NCBI GenBank assembly: GCA_963675855.1
Contig: OY776633.1
Coordinates: 96,901 to 160,900 of the forward strand
Length of the DNA: 64,000 nucleotides
Source: Christensenellaceae bacterium
GTDB taxonomy: Bacteria; Bacillota; Clostridia; Christensenellales; CAG-138
Reading direction: 5' to 3'
Positions 58,196 to 64,000 of the stretch are shown one piece after another (the stretch's first letter is position 1; each line of letters begins with the position of its first letter). The notes below the pieces were generated by a model. That model was given only the letters and a program-made list of their open reading frames with translations, ran no database searches and was not told the DNA's origin. The translations under genes and the position numbers were made by a program.

Positions 58196-58521
58196 GAGCC
58201 GCCTCCGATCCGCACCACGCGCACGCCCGGCATGACGTTTGCCGCGATGACGTCATAGAAAACGATATAACGGCTCGCGTCGACGCGGACGCCGTAGTTG
58301 TCGTAGATGTATTCGAGGTTCGGCGGATACTTGCCCTCCACGGCGTAGCAGGTGACGACGGCGCGCTGCAGCGCGGAATCGACCATCTCCTCTTCCCGCG
58401 CGTCGTTTCGGCGGGCCGCGACGGCAAGCGAAATGAGAAAGAAGACGGCAATCAGCGCAAACACGACGATTGCGAAAACCAGCCCTTTATGCCGCCCGCG
58501 CGCACGCTCGTACAGGTGCAT
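58192..58521 (-). CDS. Pilin-like small protein
   Basis: RHKG|LVFAIVVF TM helix, then RA.V.CYA.EG.YP..L.Y....YG; RBS AAAGGAGG. Confidence 0.65.
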   Translation of the reverse strand: MHLYERARGRHKGLVFAIVVFALIAVFFLISLAVAARRNDAREEEMVDSALQRAVVTCYAVEGKYPPNLEYIYDNYGVRVDASRYIVFYDVIAANVMPGVRVVRIGGGS

Positions 58522-58567
58522 GCCGAATCCTCCTTTCCCAGTGTAGCAATTTCAACCAATTCGCGGT

Positions 58568-59623
58568 TCAGCCGACCGCGGACAGCACCGACAGCAGCGG
58601 CAGCATGACCGAAAGCAGTATGCCGCCGATGACGATGGAGAGCACCGCAACCAGCGTCGGTTCGATCATGGCGATGACGTTGTGGATTGCGTCGTCCGCC
58701 TCTTCCATATAGACGCCGCTGAGTTTTTCCATCACGGCGTCGAGCTTGCCCGCCGCCGCACCGAAGCGGATCATCTTCTCGTGCATGGGGTCAAACAGGC
58801 CGCTTTTTTCCGCGGCGTCCGCAAACCCGGCTCCGCCGAGCAGTTCGCCGGCGGCAAGGTCGGCCCGCAGCCTGTGTTTTTTATCCGTAACCACCGACGG
58901 CGCAAGCCGTATCGCGTCCTCGACGGGATAGCCCGCCGCGAGCATCATGGACAGCGCCGAGGCATACCGCGCCGTGGACAGCCGCGCGTTGACGCGGCGA
59001 ACGGACGGAACGAGTTTTGCAAGCAGCGCAAGCACAGAACCGCGCCGTTTCGTGCGCAGCAGCACACCCGCAACAATCAGCAGCACCGCGAATACGCCGA
59101 CAAATACGAGCATGAACTTACCGAACCCCACGCCGAACTGCATCGCCGCCGAGGCGGGGCTGCCCGCCGCGAGGCCGAGGCTGTCGAACACGCGCCGGAA
59201 CACCGGCATCACGCTGATGACGAGGATAGCGATGACCACCGCGAGCATCATGACCAGCACGCTCGGGTAGAGGATCGCGTTTTTAACGGACGTTTTGATC
59301 TGCGCTTCCCACTGATAGTAATTCGCCAGCGAAGCCATGACTTCGTCGAGCTTGCCCGCGCGCTCGCCGATGCGCACCATGGCGAGCATATAGTCCGGAA
59401 AGATGCCAGCATCCTCCAGCGCGGCGGACAGTTCGCCCCGGCGGTTCACCGCCGCGCGTATCTGATCGAAGCGCGCGCCGTAGCGGCTGCCCTCGTAACT
59501 TCGCGCGAGCGTCTCCATGCCGTCGCCCAGTGGGATACCCGCTTTGAGCACCATGGCAACCTGCTCGCAGAAAAGCGCGGTTTCATCCGGCGGAAGCGTT
59601 TTTTGCGTCTGTTGATCCTGCAT
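58568..59623 (-). CDS. Type II secretion F / PilC family inner-membrane platform protein
   Basis: F..Q....L.AGIP, M...GE..G.LD, YP, second repeat L..ML.AG, G...G.LD, IEP; three TM segments. Confidence 0.9.
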   Translation of the reverse strand: MQDQQTQKTLPPDETALFCEQVAMVLKAGIPLGDGMETLARSYEGSRYGARFDQIRAAVNRRGELSAALEDAGIFPDYMLAMVRIGERAGKLDEVMASLANYYQWEAQIKTSVKNAILYPSVLVMMLAVVIAILVISVMPVFRRVFDSLGLAAGSPASAAMQFGVGFGKFMLVFVGVFAVLLIVAGVLLRTKRRGSVLALLAKLVPSVRRVNARLSTARYASALSMMLAAGYPVEDAIRLAPSVVTDKKHRLRADLAAGELLGGAGFADAAEKSGLFDPMHEKMIRFGAAAGKLDAVMEKLSGVYMEEADDAIHNVIAMIEPTLVAVLSIVIGGILLSVMLPLLSVLSAVG

Positions 59624-59687
59624 TCCGGTTCCCTTTCCTAATAATTATGCCTGCCGCGCGGCAATATCGCGCCAGCGTGTTTCTCCG

Positions 59688-60596
59688 TCAATAGATACGC
59701 TCTACGATATAATCGCTCTCACGGTGTCCGGATTTATCGAGCGTCGCGTCCATCCATACCCACTCTCCGTCGAGATAGACGCTGTTCCAGGCATGATAGA
59801 GGTTTTCCGGCGTTACGGTGCCGATGAGCATCTTGGCCGGAATCCCCTCGGATCGGAGCATCACGGCCAGCAGCGCCGCGTAATCGAAGCAGATGCCCGT
59901 TCCGGTTTCCAGCGATTCGTCCGCGTCCGGCAGATATCCGCCTGGCACCGTCGCGGCCTTTTCCGTATCGTACGTCATGTGTTTCACGACGAATCGGTAA
60001 AACGCCCTGGCAATCTTCTCTTCGTCCGTCATGCCGTCCGAAAGCTCCCTCGCCCGGCCGACGGCCCGCGTTTCCTCATCATACCACACATACTGGTTGG
60101 GATACAGGTACGGCACGGTTTCGTCCGCAAGAAGCACGTCGATTTGCACGCCGTAGCGGACGGCATAAAGGTCGTTTTCCACCTGCTCCATCACGCGGAC
60201 GGTATACGCGCCGTCCCCCATCTGCAGGGGAAAGACGCTGTAATCGTCTCCGGCGGGCAGGTCGTAATAATAGGTCTGTTCCGCTGTCGAGATGCGCGCC
60301 TTGAGCCGCTTGCCGGTTTCGCTGCATCGCACCATGACGTACCCCTGGTCGGTATGCGACGCGTCAATCGTAACGCCTTCGCCTTCAAAAACGACGGTTC
60401 CGGACGCTTCCGGCAGCAAAAGAGGCTTTTCGGCGGTCTGCCCTTCCCCTTCGGCCTGCGCGGCGTTCCGCGCGGTTTCCGTCGTACCCAACAGCGCCAG
60501 GGAACCGCCCTTGCAGGCCGTCAGGAGCAGGAAGCCGAAAAAAAGCAGCCACGTAAACCCTTTTTGCAGCCGTCCGGCTACCGACCCTTTTTTCAT
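59688..60596 (-). CDS. Transglutaminase-like lipoprotein
   Basis: Lipobox LLLTA|C; Cys-His-Asp triad GICFDYA, YHAWN, WMDAT; start placed at ATG 60596. Confidence 0.87.
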   Translation of the reverse strand: MKKGSVAGRLQKGFTWLLFFGFLLLTACKGGSLALLGTTETARNAAQAEGEGQTAEKPLLLPEASGTVVFEGEGVTIDASHTDQGYVMVRCSETGKRLKARISTAEQTYYYDLPAGDDYSVFPLQMGDGAYTVRVMEQVENDLYAVRYGVQIDVLLADETVPYLYPNQYVWYDEETRAVGRARELSDGMTDEEKIARAFYRFVVKHMTYDTEKAATVPGGYLPDADESLETGTGICFDYAALLAVMLRSEGIPAKMLIGTVTPENLYHAWNSVYLDGEWVWMDATLDKSGHRESDYIVERIY

Positions 60597-60809
60597 ATCC
60601 AGATTATACTGCGAAAAATCACACGAATGCAACAAATTGTTACTTAGCTACTATCAGGTCTCGCCGAAAAACTCTTTGTTTTAGGCGATCTTTTGTTACA
60701 TAACGGTGATCTCTCCGGCCGCTTCACGCGATTGTTACAGATCGCGTAATGTATGCAACACAACCGAAGTCATCCGTTCCGCCCCGCGTAACGCGGATGA
60801 TCGCGGCGT

Positions 60810-60847
60810 AAAAAACCCGGCGCCCTCATGAAAAGGGCGCCGGGCTT
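60810..60847 (-). terminator. Terminator after the surface protein gene
   Basis: Minus strand AAGCCCGGCGCCCT-TTTCATG-AGGGCGCCGGG followed by TTTTTT. Confidence 0.85.
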
Positions 60848-60875
60848 ATCTTCTGTTTTTTTCGCTTGCTGAAAC

Positions 60876-63800
60876 TTATACGCCTTTGAGAATGTCGTAT
60901 GTCCACGGTTTTTCCTGTTTCCGGTTCTTATCCTTGCTCCTGCTCTTTGTGGTTCCAATGACGACCAGCAGGAACTGGACGAACGCGATGGCGGCCATAT
61001 AGATCGTCCACCGGTCGGTGAGCGTCATTGGATTGTTCATATTCTCCGTGAGCAGGAACGCGACGACTCCGCCGACAGCGGGCAGGAGCGTCAGAATCCG
61101 CGCGATGAGCTGCCTCTTCTGTGTTTCCGGCGTTACGACGCCATCTTCCACGTCCTTTTTCCTTCCGATCAGGCCAAAGAACACCCAGAGCGACGCCAGC
61201 GCAGTCGCCGCCGCAAGGATCAGGTTTACGATCGCCCACGCCGAGCCTCCGAACAGAGGCGTCCTCTCAGCTGCTATTATTTCCGGCTCTTCTTCGATGT
61301 CCGCAACCACCTTCGACATCGTGCCGTAGATCACGAGATCCCCGTCCGGTATCGTCAGCGGAATATCCGTCGTCCAGCCTTCGAAGACAAAACCTTCCAG
61401 CGCGGGATCGGTCGGAACCGGCAGCGCATCGCCGTACGAAAGGCCGGTATACGTAATGTACGTTTCGTTCCCGTCAAATTCACCCGTTCCGCCGGAGACG
61501 ATAAACGTCACCGTAAAGAGCTCCTTTTCCCACTGCGCGTAGAAGTTAAGCTGCCGCGGAGGCATCGTGACAACGTCGCCGGGCTGCCTGGTAACGTCCG
61601 TCGCCGCGACCGTTTCGCTCCATCCGGTAAAGCGGTAACCGGTTCTCGTAAACGTGTTTTCCGCAACCGTTACGTCCGCGTCGGTCGGGTAGCGTCCCTC
61701 CTCAAACATAACGCCCTCCGCGCCGTTGGGATGGTAGTTGACGGGCGAAACCGTCGCTTCCCAGACGGCGGTGAGCGTGACGTCGTTGTCCGGCATCGTG
61801 AAGGTATCGCCCGGATCAAACGTCCTCGCCGTCCCGCCGATATCCGTCGTGCTCCAGTGCAGGAAACTGTAACCGGAATTGTACGGAACAACGCCGGAGA
61901 TCGTAATCAGCGCGCCGGAGAGAATGTTCGTCCGGGCTGCGGGTAGGTAGAGCACGGCGGCGTCCGTGCCCGCGTCGTAGTCCACGTCGTAGGTCTCGTC
62001 GTAAACCTCGCGCGTCCAAACGGCGTTGAGTGTATAGTTGCTGCCGATCGACGGAATCGTTCCGCCGAGCGCGACCGGGTGCCCGTCGCCGCGTCGCGCC
62101 AGCCGGTCAGTTCATAACCGGCCCGAACGACGCCGTAGCCGTCGGCAACGACCGCGTTGGTTCCATAACCGAACCATTCGGTCTGCGGGAATCCCGTCAC
62201 GGCGGCCACGGTATTGGTGTTGTAGATCACGCGCGGGTTGATCGTAAAGTCCGCCGCGGCCGTCAAGAACGTATAGTTGCTCAAAACATCCGGCGCCGCC
62301 GCGACGCCCGGCGCCAGCACTCCTGGGTAAATCCCCACGTAGTTGTCGGTGTTTGTGCGGAGCACGGATACCGTAACACTTCCAAGGTCGCCGGCCAGCA
62401 CGGCGTAGTACGTCGTGCCGTTCACCGTTCCAGTCTTGTAGGTATACCCGAACGCCGGATCGGCCGTGCTGTAGTTTTTCTCTGCGTTCAGCGCGGATAC
62501 GAGCACCGCGCGCTTTGTCACCGTCAGCGTGCCGGGCGTAATCGAAACGCTGTAATCTTCGCTTCGCGTCGCTAAGCTGAAGGTATAGTCAAAGCCGTTC
62601 TCAACGGAGCCGGCGTTTGTGATCGTGCCCGTCGTGTTCGTCGCGGCGAACCCTTCGCCGCCGGCAAAGCCGTCGCTCGCCGCCCCGAACCCCCAGCCGC
62701 TCTGCGTCAGCGGAGTCCCGTCGTAAACCCTGTTCGCATCAAACGTACTGACCAGAATCGCACGCGGCGCAATCGTGATCGAAGCCGAGCCGAACGCGGG
62801 CGCGTAGTTGCCGTTGATCGCTACGAAATAGACCGTTTTACTCTCGCTCACGTGCGTCGCCGTCGGGCTGGCCGTCAGCGTGTAGTCGGCCGGGTTCGCG
62901 CTGTAGTCCGCGCTGTAATAGATCTGCGTACCGGCGGAGACGTTCGCCGAAGCCGTTACGCCGTGCGCGAGGCCGTCGTATTTGCCGCTGTAATCGGCGG
63001 CGTTCACCGTCAGCGTATCCGCCGCCGTAACCGTCAACGTGCCTTTTGTGATTTCGAACGCATAGTTCGCCGGATCGGTCGAAGCGTTGAGCGTGTAGGC
63101 AAAGCCGTTTTCAATGGAGCCGACGTTCGTGATCGTTCCGTCAGCGGCGGCGCTGGTAAATCCCTCGCCGTCGGCAAACCCGTCGTTGCCCGCTGCGTCG
63201 TAGCTCCAGTCCGGATTCGTCAGCGCGGTGCCGTCGTAAGGTTTGCTGTCGCTCACCGTCGTCAGCGCAATGGTTCTTTTATCGATTTTTATGACTTCGC
63301 TGCCGAACACCGGGTTGTAATTCGGGTTCGTTACCACGAAGTACACCGTCGTGCCGGGTGTGAAATCCGTTTCCGCCGGGCTTTCCGTCAGCGTATAGTC
63401 CGCCGGATCGCCGCTGTATGTCAGGCTGTAGCGCACCATCGAACCGCCTTGCGCGGGGGTCACCGTGATCGCGTGCGGATAGCCGTCGTAGATACCCGCA
63501 TACCCTTGTGAATCCGCCGTCGTATTCGCGGGCAGGATCGTCAGCGTGCCTTTGACGGTTGAAACGTCATATTGATACGTAACGTCCTCCGCGCCGCTCA
63601 AAATCGTAAAATCGGGCCCGATGGAAACGCTCGTGGGATACGCGCCGGCGTATGTTCCGCCGCCGTATACCGTGTAGCCGCTCACCGTGACGGCCGGGTC
63701 GGACACCGTTCCCGTCGTAATGGTATGCAGGCTGCCGTCGTAAGGGTAACTTGCGCTGTCGGCCGTGATGACGAGCGGTTTGTTCTGGGCGTACAGCGCA

Positions 63801-64000
63801 TAGATCGTCGTGTTTTCGGTCAGATCCTCCGCTGAAGCGGGGTTGTACGCGCCAAGCCAATAGTAGTTGACGCCGTTATAAGATACGTTCTGCGGCGGCG
63901 TGACAGAATACGTCGCGTCGCCCGTGCCGTATGCCACCCACTCGGTGCCGAGCAGTTCGCCGCTTGCATCCGCGCGGTACATTACCCGCGGGTTCACCGT
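60876..64000 (-). CDS. Large repeat-rich surface protein (YDG/MBG-like and InlB B-repeat-like units, 3-TM C-terminal anchor); 5' end outside the window; one frameshift near 62078
   Basis: Repeated YDG...GTLTVT units and Y..N......R.GY.F.GW....L.A.W units. ORFs 61907-63997 and 60876-61985 join into one coherent protein if one base is added at the GGG at 62077-62079. Confidence 0.85.

Overview
A GC-rich chromosomal segment from a Clostridia-like Firmicute (taxon inferred from sigH, T-box, CIRCE, split gcvPA/PB and the c-di-AMP riboswitch). It is mostly housekeeping. Left to right: the probable leader of an rRNA operon running off the left edge; lysS-greA-dusB; mrp and a cupin; a phd/doc toxin-antitoxin pair; tdh-kbl; a glycine-riboswitch-controlled gcvH-PA-PB operon ending in a GcvT-SHMT fusion; tig-clpP-clpX; a GT4/serine-hydrolase fusion; TetR and ftsH; CIRCE-htpG; mrnC-rlmB-sigH; a SpoIID-SH3 hydrolase with a degenerate M23 partner; ispE; a yycJ-like gene and rlmH; a c-di-AMP riboswitch before dapB; T-box-thrS; an AT-rich DUF2806 islet; ftsA-ftsZ; and a UDP-L-FucNAc-type glycan cluster. 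At the right end is the best candidate for an undescribed system: a compact type-IV-filament-like operon (transglutaminase lipoprotein, PilC platform, four non-canonical pilin-like proteins, one PilT-type ATPase, no PilB) ending in a SARP/BTAD regulator whose degenerate GGDEF domain keeps the RxxD c-di-GMP I-site. Next to it is a frameshifted repeat-rich surface protein with an unusual 3-TM anchor. No CRISPR array, tRNA, integrase or transposase was seen. All family calls come from motif recognition by eye, not database searches. Several start codons were moved from the supplied ORF track using ribosome-binding sites.
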